From the IMG/VR virus record IMGVR_UViG_3300033070_000479, positions 1 through 64,000 of that record: a stretch of DNA of 64,000 bases; one strand, 5' to 3'. The position numbers and the translations under genes were made by a program. The notes beneath the pieces are model-generated. The model was not told the origin of the DNA. It saw only the letters and a program-made list of their open reading frames with translations, and ran no database searches. Positions 28,294 to 36,115 of the stretch are shown here, one piece after another (position 1 is the first letter of the stretch; each line of letters begins with the position of its first letter). Source of the stretch: a virus. Its lineage: Duplodnaviria > Caudoviricetes.

Positions 28294-29268
28294 GTGATCA
28301 CAATCAACAGAAGGACAGATAATATGCCAGACGGCGGACCGGTCATCTCCGGTGAAATCGCGGCGACGGACAAGTCGAATTCGGTAGTGAAGACCAGATT
28401 GCGCGGGGTGGACAAGGACGGCAACGCGCACAGGCTCGTCATGAGCCCTACCGCGTTCCTGCAGGCGAAGACCATGGTGTTCTGCGACGATAGGGAGATA
28501 TCGGCCATGGCGGTCGTCGCCGAAGACGACCCTCTGTACGTCGAGCGCTTCGACATCGTCGAACAGGAAGGCAGCTCGGCCTTTACCGAACTTGACGGCG
28601 CCGCCCTCCTCTGCCGGTCCGAGTCCTACTCTCAGTTGGGCATCGGGTACGACAGGACTATGCGGGTGTGGTTCCACACGCACCCGTTCAGCTGTGCGGC
28701 TAACCCGTCCGCCACCGACAACAGCACGTTCGCGGACGTGTTCGGCAACATGCCGTTTGCCGTGATGCTCATTCACAGCAAGGACGGCAGTTGGGGCGCC
28801 ACACTGCGGGTCGGGCAGGGCAAGATCGGCGTCAAGACCAAGCTCTCCGGAGTAGAGGTCGACTGGTCCGCCGTACCGGACATGCCGGCGTTTGACCCGC
28901 AATCCGTGATCGACGAGGTCAAGAAGCAGGTCAAGACGCGGGCGTACCAGGCCGTGCAGTTTTATCAGCCGACGCACGCTGTCAGCGGTAAGCGCTGGGA
29001 CAGCGATTACGGCGGCAACCGGTGGTGGGACAAGGCGACGAAGGTCGACAACGGACCGATCACGCACGCCGGCGGCGTGGTGAAGGGGAAATTCGACGGG
29101 GGTTACGGTCCCAGCGAGGAATACCGCCCGAACCGTAAGACCAAGAAGCGCCGCCGCACCAACGTGTCGTACGAGGACGCCGCGAAGATGTGGGAGACCG
29201 ACTTTGCGGACGCCGACGCCCTGGAAGAATACCTGCGTAACGCCGAGCAGCACGATGCGGGCGAGTAA
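28294..29268 (+). CDS. JAB/MPN+ (JAMM) metalloprotease (putative Ubl-processing enzyme/DUB)
   Basis: E68...H128-T-H130-P...S139-x-x-D142. Alternative start at ATG 28324 with an AAGGA SD. Confidence 0.88.
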   Translation: MITINRRTDNMPDGGPVISGEIAATDKSNSVVKTRLRGVDKDGNAHRLVMSPTAFLQAKTMVFCDDREISAMAVVAEDDPLYVERFDIVEQEGSSAFTELDGAALLCRSESYSQLGIGYDRTMRVWFHTHPFSCAANPSATDNSTFADVFGNMPFAVMLIHSKDGSWGATLRVGQGKIGVKTKLSGVEVDWSAVPDMPAFDPQSVIDEVKKQVKTRAYQAVQFYQPTHAVSGKRWDSDYGGNRWWDKATKVDNGPITHAGGVVKGKFDGGYGPSEEYRPNRKTKKRRRTNVSYEDAAKMWETDFADADALEEYLRNAEQHDAGE

Positions 29269-29956
29269 CGTCGTCGACACGCCGATCAGTGCGCGAAACG
29301 AGCGCCAGCGGTCGGTCTTGCCTGAGGCGGCTCTCTTGTTTCGTCCGGCAGTAGTCATCGGGGTGGGGGCTATCGGACGCCCTACGGCCGAGATGCTGTC
29401 CGGTACCGGTGTTCGCAGGCTGGACCTCTGGGACTTCGACACGGTCGAAGAGGTCAACATCGGCAACCAGGGTTACAGGCCTTCCGACGTCGGTAAGCGT
29501 AAAGCCGACGCCTGTAAAGAGTTCTGCGTGGCGAAGTCGCCGTCCTCGGCCGTGCGCGCCATGTACGAGGCGGTCGGCCCGTCCACGTCTATCACGGACG
29601 AAAGTCCCGAAGACGTAGCGGTGTTTTGCTGCGTGGACAAGATGTCCGCCCGCAAGGAGATCGCCTCTCTCTGCAAGGCGAACGGGGTTGGCCTGTTTGT
29701 CGACACCCGCATGCTGGGGGACGACGTACGCGTCTACTGCTGCCGTACTCCTGAAGCGTACGAGGTGTACCTTAAGGAGCTGTTTACAGACGAAGAGGCC
29801 GAACCCGGACGGTGCGGGAATTCCTCTAACGTCTACGCGTCAAACACGGCCGCCTCTCTGGCGGTCAAACTGTGGACCTTGTGGCTACGGGATCTCCCGA
29901 GCCCCAAGGAAGTTGTGGCGACCCTTAGCGGGTTCGCAATCGTGGCCGACTACTAG
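29255..29956 (+). CDS. ThiF/MoeB-family E1-like adenylating enzyme
   Basis: VIGVGAIG, DFDTVEEVNIGNQ, GKRK, FCCVD and FVDTRM motifs; candidate catalytic C187 (EPGRCG); no CxxC zinc motifs. Confidence 0.9.
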   Translation: MRASNVVDTPISARNERQRSVLPEAALLFRPAVVIGVGAIGRPTAEMLSGTGVRRLDLWDFDTVEEVNIGNQGYRPSDVGKRKADACKEFCVAKSPSSAVRAMYEAVGPSTSITDESPEDVAVFCCVDKMSARKEIASLCKANGVGLFVDTRMLGDDVRVYCCRTPEAYEVYLKELFTDEEAEPGRCGNSSNVYASNTAASLAVKLWTLWLRDLPSPKEVVATLSGFAIVADY

Positions 29957-29993
29957 TCGGCCTTTCTTTACCGACCCCATAACAGGAGAGAAC

Positions 29994-31334
29994 GTGGCCA
30001 AAGCCAAAGGAACTTCCGCGTCTGTGGCGCAATCGCTGCCGTCGACTCTGACCGCCGACGGCATCGAGGACATGATCGTCAAGTGTGTGCAGTCCCACGT
30101 GGTCCCGATGATCTGGGGTCCGCCAGGGGTCGGTAAGACCCGTCGCATCGAGGCCGTGGCCCGGCGTCTGGCCCAGCACACCGGGTTGTCGGCAGAAGTT
30201 CACACGCTGATCTGCTCCATGTGCGAACCCAGCGACCTGGCCGGCTTCCCGATCGCTGACGGAAAATACCGCCGGCCGGACGGGTCGGACTTGTCGGTGG
30301 TCCAGTTCGCTCCGCGGGAGTCCTTTGTGCGCTTGGCGACGCACGGCGGCGTCCTGTTCTTCGACGAGCTGTCCACGGCCCCACCGTCCATCCAGGCGGT
30401 GGCGCTGCGGATCATCAACGACCGCGTCGCCGGCGACATTCACTTGCCGCCGAACAAAGTCGCCATGATCGCCGCCGGAAACCCGCCCGAAACGGGGGCC
30501 GGCGTGTTCGACCTGTCGGCGCCGATGGCCAACCGGCTCTGCCACCTCCAGTGGCCGACGGACTCGCAGTTCCGCCGGGCCTGGGCGGAAGACTTCATCT
30601 CGTACTGGGGCAGCCCGCCGAAGGTGGAGTTCAACGGCCGGCAGGTTCCGGAGGAGTTCTACTCGCGGGCCCGGCGCGCCGTCTCGGCGTTCATCATGGC
30701 GAGCCCGGAAAACCTGCTGCCGGTTCCCGGTCAGTCCTCGACCGGAACCGGTACGATCGCCGACCTGGCGTACCCGACGCCCCGGTCGTGGGACGCCGCG
30801 GCCCGCGTGCTGGCGTCCGGCGAAAGCCGGCTGTTCGATAAAGAGGAGGGCCAGGCCATGCTCAGCCTGATCTCCGGCCTCGTCGGCACCGGCCCGGCGC
30901 AGGCGTTCTCCAAGTTCATTCGCGACTCGGACCTCCCCGACCCGGTCCGGCTGCTGGAAAACCCGGAGTCGTACCAGCCGCAGAAAGAAAACTTCGTGGC
31001 TTACGCGACCGTGACGGCCGTCGTAAACCTGGTACTGTCGTACCTGGCCGTGAGCCGGGATGAGCTGCGGGCGGCCAAGTCTTCGGACCCCGTCTACCGC
31101 AAGGCCGTCAAGTACGTCATGAACGGCGCCAAGCTCGTGGTGGCCGCCGGCGAAGGACGTCTGGAAACGGCCAAAGGCCCTCTGGACCGGCTGCTGGCGG
31201 CGGCCCGGGAAGTCCACCTGACGCAGCAGGAGCAAGTGGCGCTCAACTCCATCACCGCACCGTATGCGAAGGACATGCAGCGGTACAAGAACATGGTCGT
31301 CACCAGCGTTCGGACCGTCTCCACGGAAAAGTGA
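29994..31334 (+). CDS. MoxR-like AAA+ ATPase
   Basis: Walker A GPPGVGKT, Walker B LFFDE, AAGN sensor 1, LSAPMANRL, PTPRSW; CAGGAG SD before GTG 29994. Confidence 0.9.
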   Translation: MAKAKGTSASVAQSLPSTLTADGIEDMIVKCVQSHVVPMIWGPPGVGKTRRIEAVARRLAQHTGLSAEVHTLICSMCEPSDLAGFPIADGKYRRPDGSDLSVVQFAPRESFVRLATHGGVLFFDELSTAPPSIQAVALRIINDRVAGDIHLPPNKVAMIAAGNPPETGAGVFDLSAPMANRLCHLQWPTDSQFRRAWAEDFISYWGSPPKVEFNGRQVPEEFYSRARRAVSAFIMASPENLLPVPGQSSTGTGTIADLAYPTPRSWDAAARVLASGESRLFDKEEGQAMLSLISGLVGTGPAQAFSKFIRDSDLPDPVRLLENPESYQPQKENFVAYATVTAVVNLVLSYLAVSRDELRAAKSSDPVYRKAVKYVMNGAKLVVAAGEGRLETAKGPLDRLLAAAREVHLTQQEQVALNSITAPYAKDMQRYKNMVVTSVRTVSTEK

Positions 31335-31347
31335 GGACCAGACGACG

Positions 31348-32616
31348 ATGACTAGTTCAGAACGGATTACTGCGGCCAAGTTGCTGGCCGTGCAGTGGTG
31401 GCCGTACTTGGCGGACGCCGTCGTCCGCCTCCCGGTCAGGTTCTCTCCCGGCGTCCCGACCATGGGCGTCTCGAAAGATTGGATCCTGTACATCAACCCG
31501 GAATGGGCGGACAAGCAGAGCGTGGCGATGTTGGCCCTCATCATCGCCGGTCACGAAGTCGGTGGGCACCTGCTCAACGACCACGCGTGCCGCGCAGCCG
31601 GGTTGCACCACGAACTGTCGAACATGGCCGGCGACTTGGCCATCAACTGTCACCTGAAGAACTACCGCGACAGCGCCTGCTTGAGCGGTGCGAAGGATCA
31701 GATCACGGTCCCGGATGACCCTGAAGAGGCCCTCTATCCGAAGAACTTCAAAGCCAAGGACGGTACGCCTTTTCCAGACAACCTGATGATGGAGGAGTAC
31801 TACGCCCTACTCCTCGACAACGCCACACTCATCGGTACCGGCCAAGGGAAAGGAGACGGCAAAGGGAAGTGCAAGTGCGGGTCCGGCGCCACCGGGGTCG
31901 CGGAAGACTGGGAGGAGGGCACGTCTGTCGGACAAGACGGCCAAGACCAAGGAGTCAGTCCGGCGGAAGCGTCTCTGATTCGCGACGCGGTGGCTGCTGC
32001 GTGCAAGAAGCACGAAGAGCAGCGCGGACGTGGGTCAGTGCCGTCCGGGCTACTGCGGTGGGCTGACGACAGGCTCCGCCCGCCACAGGTTCCCTGGACG
32101 ACGCAGATACGCAGGCACATCCAGCGTATCGTGGCGGGGCGCGGCAGGGGTGACTACTCCTACACGCAGTACAACCGCCGGTCTCAGGGTCGTCTGATTC
32201 TGCCGGGCATGGTTGAGCACAAGAAGAAGTGCAACGCGGTTCTGGACACGTCCGGAAGTATGTGTGACGAACGCATACGGGCCGGCTTGTCCGAGCTGGT
32301 GGCGGCGGCTTCTCACCTTGGCCCTATCCAGCTGTTTGCGTGCGACGCCGCGGCGGCTGACGCCGGTACGCTGCGTACCAAATCGGACGTGAAGAAGCTG
32401 AAACTGCAGGGCGGAGGCGGCACCGACATGGGTGCAGGCCTGAACGCCGCCGCAGAGTCCAAACCGACGTTTACGTTGGTACTAACCGACGGCGACACCC
32501 CGTGGCCGGAAGACAAACCTACGGGGTTAGGAGAAATCCTGGTCGTGCTTATCGGCCGGTACGGGGCAGACCGAGTTCCGGACTGGGCCGAATGGGTGGC
32601 TGTCGACGACGGCTGA
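31348..32616 (+). CDS. metallopeptidase-like domain plus vWA domain protein (DUF2201-type)
   Basis: HEVGGHLLNDH, NMAGDLAIN, CGSGA; MIDAS residues DTSGS, GGGGTD and LTDG; GAGGA SD before ATG 31348. Confidence 0.85.
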   Translation: MTSSERITAAKLLAVQWWPYLADAVVRLPVRFSPGVPTMGVSKDWILYINPEWADKQSVAMLALIIAGHEVGGHLLNDHACRAAGLHHELSNMAGDLAINCHLKNYRDSACLSGAKDQITVPDDPEEALYPKNFKAKDGTPFPDNLMMEEYYALLLDNATLIGTGQGKGDGKGKCKCGSGATGVAEDWEEGTSVGQDGQDQGVSPAEASLIRDAVAAACKKHEEQRGRGSVPSGLLRWADDRLRPPQVPWTTQIRRHIQRIVAGRGRGDYSYTQYNRRSQGRLILPGMVEHKKKCNAVLDTSGSMCDERIRAGLSELVAAASHLGPIQLFACDAAAADAGTLRTKSDVKKLKLQGGGGTDMGAGLNAAAESKPTFTLVLTDGDTPWPEDKPTGLGEILVVLIGRYGADRVPDWAEWVAVDDG

Positions 32617-32618
32617 CG

Positions 32619-32627
32619 TGCTACAAT
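32619..32627 (+). promoter_or_regulatory. candidate extended -10 promoter
   Basis: TG-C-TACAAT directly after the vWA gene stop. Confidence 0.45.
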
Positions 32628-32663
32628 AACCCCCGGGGCTACGGCCCCGGGGGTTTACTTTTT
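32628..32663 (+). terminator. intrinsic terminator ending the Ubl-AAA-vWA operon
   Basis: Perfect 12-bp stem AACCCCCGGGGC/GCCCCGGGGGTT, C(UACG)G tetraloop, then TACTTTTT. Confidence 0.8.
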
Positions 32664-32687
32664 CCGTTTGGTATCGGAGGGTTATAC

Positions 32688-33041
32688 GTGGCAGCGTCCT
32701 TTGCAGTCTCATACACGTACAACCCGACTGCCCAACAAATTACCTTTACAGTAGACTCGTTCACGTCGCCGGCCGACTCGGCGGCCGTGTTCTACCTTAA
32801 GGACGCCAGCCCGACTCCAGAGTATATGGGGATCTGTACTGTGGCCGAACTCAGCACAGTCCCGACGGACCCTCCGATACCAGGGGATTACTACCGCGCC
32901 GCGTCTACCACCTTCTCGGTGGCTTCCGAGAACATGAACAGTGCGGTGTATAACGTTCGTCAAGGCCTGGATAAGCTGTGCGTAGGTTTGGACGCAGAAG
33001 CGCAGGGGCTGGTGGCCGGTTCGTTTACGGCGGGAGGGTAA
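32688..33041 (+). CDS. hypothetical protein
   Basis: GGAGG SD before GTG 32688; beta-rich, 117 aa. Confidence 0.55.
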   Translation: MAASFAVSYTYNPTAQQITFTVDSFTSPADSAAVFYLKDASPTPEYMGICTVAELSTVPTDPPIPGDYYRAASTTFSVASENMNSAVYNVRQGLDKLCVGLDAEAQGLVAGSFTAGG

Positions 33042-33045
33042 ACTA

Positions 33046-33330
33046 ATGGCCACGAAAGTCATAGACGACTCGGCTCTAGCCGAACTCGCCGCTCGACCGG
33101 ACGTCGTGGCCGAGTTCCCGATATTTGGGCAGCGCAGGGCTCCTTCCGTCAGATCGTGCTGCGCCGGCAAAGGTAATCAAAAGGCCGGAACTGCCTCTGG
33201 GGCCGTCATCCGACAAGCCGTCTTGCACATGGGCGGCGAGAGAATTTCCAGGCTAAAACAGTTACTCGGTGTGGACACTTTGATAGTATGGACCATGTCC
33301 GGCAATAAGGCCGTCTCAACCACGATATGA
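33046..33330 (+). CDS. hypothetical protein
   Basis: GGAGGG SD; coupled to its neighbours. Confidence 0.55.
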   Translation: MATKVIDDSALAELAARPDVVAEFPIFGQRRAPSVRSCCAGKGNQKAGTASGAVIRQAVLHMGGERISRLKQLLGVDTLIVWTMSGNKAVSTTI

Positions 33331-33800
33331 GGACTTCGATGTCGAAGACTAAAGTTAAGGCGAATCTTGTCGACCTGCGCCACTCGCCCACCAAGCTCGT
33401 CATCAACGGCGTTGAGGTGGACCAGGCCAGTGAATCCGCGCCGTGGGTCGCAGACATGCTCAAAGGCGGTTCTGTCGATTCTTCGTCCAAGGTCCAGTAT
33501 TACCTGGACGCGATGCAAGTGGACATGGACCTCACGAAGCGCGGGTCCGACAACAACGCGCAGACCGTGACGATCACTGTGGTTTCGGACAACCCGCGCC
33601 TGGCAGACAGCCCGCACGCAAAGCTGCTCGCTCAGGAATTTCTGGAACGTCAGGGCTACACGAAGCCGTTCTTCAAGCGCGTCAGCACCGTGATGTCGTA
33701 CGACCCGGAAGCCGAAAAACCGACAGACCGCATGAAGCTGGCCCCCGGTCTGAAGTCGGCTACAGGTAAGTTCGCGGCCAACCTGACGTTCATCGTCTAA
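33327..33800 (+). CDS. hypothetical protein
   Basis: High-GC3 codon usage; alternative start at ATG 33339 with a GAGGA SD. Confidence 0.6.
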   Translation: MRTSMSKTKVKANLVDLRHSPTKLVINGVEVDQASESAPWVADMLKGGSVDSSSKVQYYLDAMQVDMDLTKRGSDNNAQTVTITVVSDNPRLADSPHAKLLAQEFLERQGYTKPFFKRVSTVMSYDPEAEKPTDRMKLAPGLKSATGKFAANLTFIV

Positions 33801-34201
33801 TGGCAGAGTTTGCCGATATCGGCCTATCACCGAGGATCACGCCGTCTCGTATGGCCGCCATACGGGCTGAGTTCTCCGGTGATGCGTTAGAGCCGGCACT
33901 GTGGGTGGCGGACATTCTGTTGGCCGCAGTGCCTGATTACCCTGAAGGCGCCGTAGGCGGTCTCAAGTACCTCAAGGAAGACGTGGCGGCTGCGGCCGCC
34001 ACGAAACCTTCAGTTTTTGGTATCGCAGACGGGTGGATGCTGTCCGGCACTCGGTCTTCTGGCGGATGGGACCTGGCAACTAACGCCGCCACAACTGTAT
34101 CACTCGGGGACGCAAAATGGCTGTCGTGCAGGATGTACAACCTGACGGCGATCGTAGCGTCGAAGCGGGCGGAAGCGCAGAGGCTCCGCGGGCGGACGTA
34201 A
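33800..34201 (+). CDS. hypothetical protein
   Basis: TAATG coupling to the previous gene. Confidence 0.5.
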   Translation: MAEFADIGLSPRITPSRMAAIRAEFSGDALEPALWVADILLAAVPDYPEGAVGGLKYLKEDVAAAAATKPSVFGIADGWMLSGTRSSGGWDLATNAATTVSLGDAKWLSCRMYNLTAIVASKRAEAQRLRGRT

Positions 34202-34875
34202 ACATCTGGGCCCGCGACGACGTGTACGGGTGCGTCCTGCTGGTAGAGGCGGTTGACAAATTCGGTACCGAGTTTCTGAGCTTCTCTCCTGAGACGTGGC
34301 GGGCAGAAATACGCGACACGTTCTTAGTAGAACCCAGCGACGCCTCGATTGACCGGCTGGCTGTGGCTGTGTCGATTGCTACTTCACCTGACCCGTTCTT
34401 TAACACAGTCCGCGGATTCGACGTAGGCGCCCGGGTGCTGTCGTCTGCCGTAGAAGGGCGTCGCTTCGATCCACGTGACCTAGCAGACCTGTACGATTGT
34501 TTGTGGGCCGGGGTCGAGGCGCAGATAATCGACCGTGATCACCAGCCGTACTCTGACTTCGTCAAAGAGTACGTCAAGGTGTGCCGGCTGGCGTACTCGG
34601 CGCACGGCGACAGCGCTAACGCTTTGTTCGACTCGCTGTTCGGGCCTGGAACCGATCCCGGAGAAGACAAGGACGCCGTCGACGACGGCACTGACGAGTG
34701 GGCGGCCGCGTTTGCCGGTAAGGAGGCGTCCAACAGGCAGCTAGTGGCGTACATTACTTCGGGTCTTCAAGACCTGAGTGAACAGTTTCGGTCGTTAGTG
34801 CTGCGCGGAGGAAATGCCAAACAACTGGCAGACCACATCGCACAGTCCCTACTAGGAGGCGGGTCAGGTGACTAA
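34117..34875 (+). CDS. hypothetical protein (acidic; possibly virion morphogenesis)
   Basis: 252-aa ORF with globular-looking sequence (DKFGTEFLSFSPETWRAEI). Confidence 0.55.
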   Translation: MAVVQDVQPDGDRSVEAGGSAEAPRADVNIWARDDVYGCVLLVEAVDKFGTEFLSFSPETWRAEIRDTFLVEPSDASIDRLAVAVSIATSPDPFFNTVRGFDVGARVLSSAVEGRRFDPRDLADLYDCLWAGVEAQIIDRDHQPYSDFVKEYVKVCRLAYSAHGDSANALFDSLFGPGTDPGEDKDAVDDGTDEWAAAFAGKEASNRQLVAYITSGLQDLSEQFRSLVLRGGNAKQLADHIAQSLLGGGSGD

Positions 34876-35038
34876 ACCGCAAGCAGAGGCTCTGATTTCG
34901 TTACTCATCACCCACGGCAAGGCGGCGGTCGAGGACCACCCCAAACCGCTTACTCAGAGTGCCGCGTCTTTGGACGCCGTCATTCGAACTGCCGAGGCCC
35001 TGTTTAAGTCAGATCAGCCGGCGTCCGATAAGTCCTGA
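34868..35038 (+). CDS. small hypothetical protein (56 aa, not in the ORF track)
   Basis: GTG after GGAGGCGGG; MTKPQAEALISLLITHGKAAVEDHPKPLTQSAASLDAVIRTAEALFKSDQPASDKS; fills the gap before a terminator. Confidence 0.45.
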   Translation: MTKPQAEALISLLITHGKAAVEDHPKPLTQSAASLDAVIRTAEALFKSDQPASDKS

Positions 35039-35063
35039 GAGACTAACCTAACTCGACAAACCT

Positions 35064-35092
35064 GCCCGGCCTTGTGCCGGGCTTATCTTTTT
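35064..35092 (+). terminator. candidate intrinsic terminator
   Basis: GCCCGGC-CTTGT-GCCGGGC followed by TTATCTTTTT. Confidence 0.55.
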
Positions 35093-35104
35093 ACGGAGAC
35101 CTCG

Positions 35105-36115
35105 ATGTCTAAGTCGTTTCGCGAAATCTTGGAAGACGAGTACGCCGTTAACCCGTCCAGGCTGGGGTCACTGGCAGACTCCGCGTTTCGTCTAGTCAGA
35201 GTTCGTCGTAAGTGGTGGCGAGGGCAGCGCGTTATATCCGACGGGTCTGTCATAGTCGGCGACACCGCGGTCATAGGCGAGGCCGTCAGTGACCCGCGGT
35301 GGAACCTGCTGCCGGCGTACGTCAAGGAGGAGTTTTCCGCGCTGGAGTCGTCAGTAAACCGTGTTCTAGAGTCCTACGCCTGCGGCGGTAAGTACGCCTC
35401 CGGTACGGGCATGGAGTCTCTGGTCGGTAATGGGGTCTACGTCGTGGATTCCGTCGTGTGGCCGCGCGTGAAATCGCTGCTCGACGCCGCAGCAGACCAG
35501 TGGGGTATTAAGGCCGACGCCTTGTGCAGCGGGGACGGGTATTCTCGGCTCGTGACGTCGGTTCGAGAAAAGGTTGCTGCCGGTATCGGGACTACGGAGG
35601 TCACAGACGACGGCCGTCCGAAAGCCGAGGTCATGGTAGACCGGGCGGTGTCCCTGATTCCACGACCGGACGAGCTGCGTAAGAAGTTCGCCCTGTCCTA
35701 CGAGATCATGCCGGTGCGACTGGCTCCGGATCAGTCTGACAGTGATTCCGACGTCGCGAGAGGGCGCAGGTCGGCTGCCCTGGACGTCCTAGAGTCCGCG
35801 GTGCGTGTTCCGCGGGAGAAGCTGGCGAGCGCGTGCGCCAAGTTGAGCCAGGCGGCAAGAGACGCCGTTACCGGCGACGCTGTAAGGTCCACGACGCTGA
35901 CGGCGGTCAACAAGGCGCTGGTGGAGTTCAGAGACCGAAACGGTAGGAGCGATCCAGTCCTGATTCAGGCCCTGGCGGCTCTCACTATTAAGTTAGGGGA
36001 GGCGCCGTTCAAGACCGCGGACGCTCTAAACGGGTTGGCGGCTTCCGCAGAGTCCGTGTACGCGGCCGCCCTGTCTGAGTCAGGTATGGCGGCTTCGCTA
36101 GGAGTAAGGTCATGA
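35105..36115 (+). CDS. hypothetical protein, DUF3150-like
   Basis: Pattern LLP...F..LE..V.R.L..Y...GVYVV...P...EL.KKF.L recalls DUF3150-type proteins; from recall, not searched. Confidence 0.4.
   Translation: MSKSFREILEDEYAVNPSRLGSLADSAFRLVRVRRKWWRGQRVISDGSVIVGDTAVIGEAVSDPRWNLLPAYVKEEFSALESSVNRVLESYACGGKYASGTGMESLVGNGVYVVDSVVWPRVKSLLDAAADQWGIKADALCSGDGYSRLVTSVREKVAAGIGTTEVTDDGRPKAEVMVDRAVSLIPRPDELRKKFALSYEIMPVRLAPDQSDSDSDVARGRRSAALDVLESAVRVPREKLASACAKLSQAARDAVTGDAVRSTTLTAVNKALVEFRDRNGRSDPVLIQALAALTIKLGEAPFKTADALNGLAASAESVYAAALSESGMAASLGVRS

Noticed and set aside
29255-29956. ThiF/MoeB as a thiamine or molybdopterin biosynthesis gene
   Set aside because: No ThiG, MoaE or desulfurase nearby; it lacks the zinc motifs; an adjacent E2 with a catalytic Cys and a JAB favour protein conjugation.
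29688-29993. 102-aa N-terminal extension of the AAA ORF in the track (similar extensions at 37414, 36723-38057, 25688, 61584, 42587)
   Set aside because: They overlap upstream genes; clear SD/start pairs or stop-start coupling give later starts.
29925-31544. 539-aa minus-strand ORF opposite the AAA gene (likewise 28249..29466, 50133..51365, 56256..57596, 24085..24996)
   Set aside because: Antisense shadows of high-GC3 genes: Arg/Gly/Val-rich, no motifs, and fully overlapping motif-bearing plus-strand genes.
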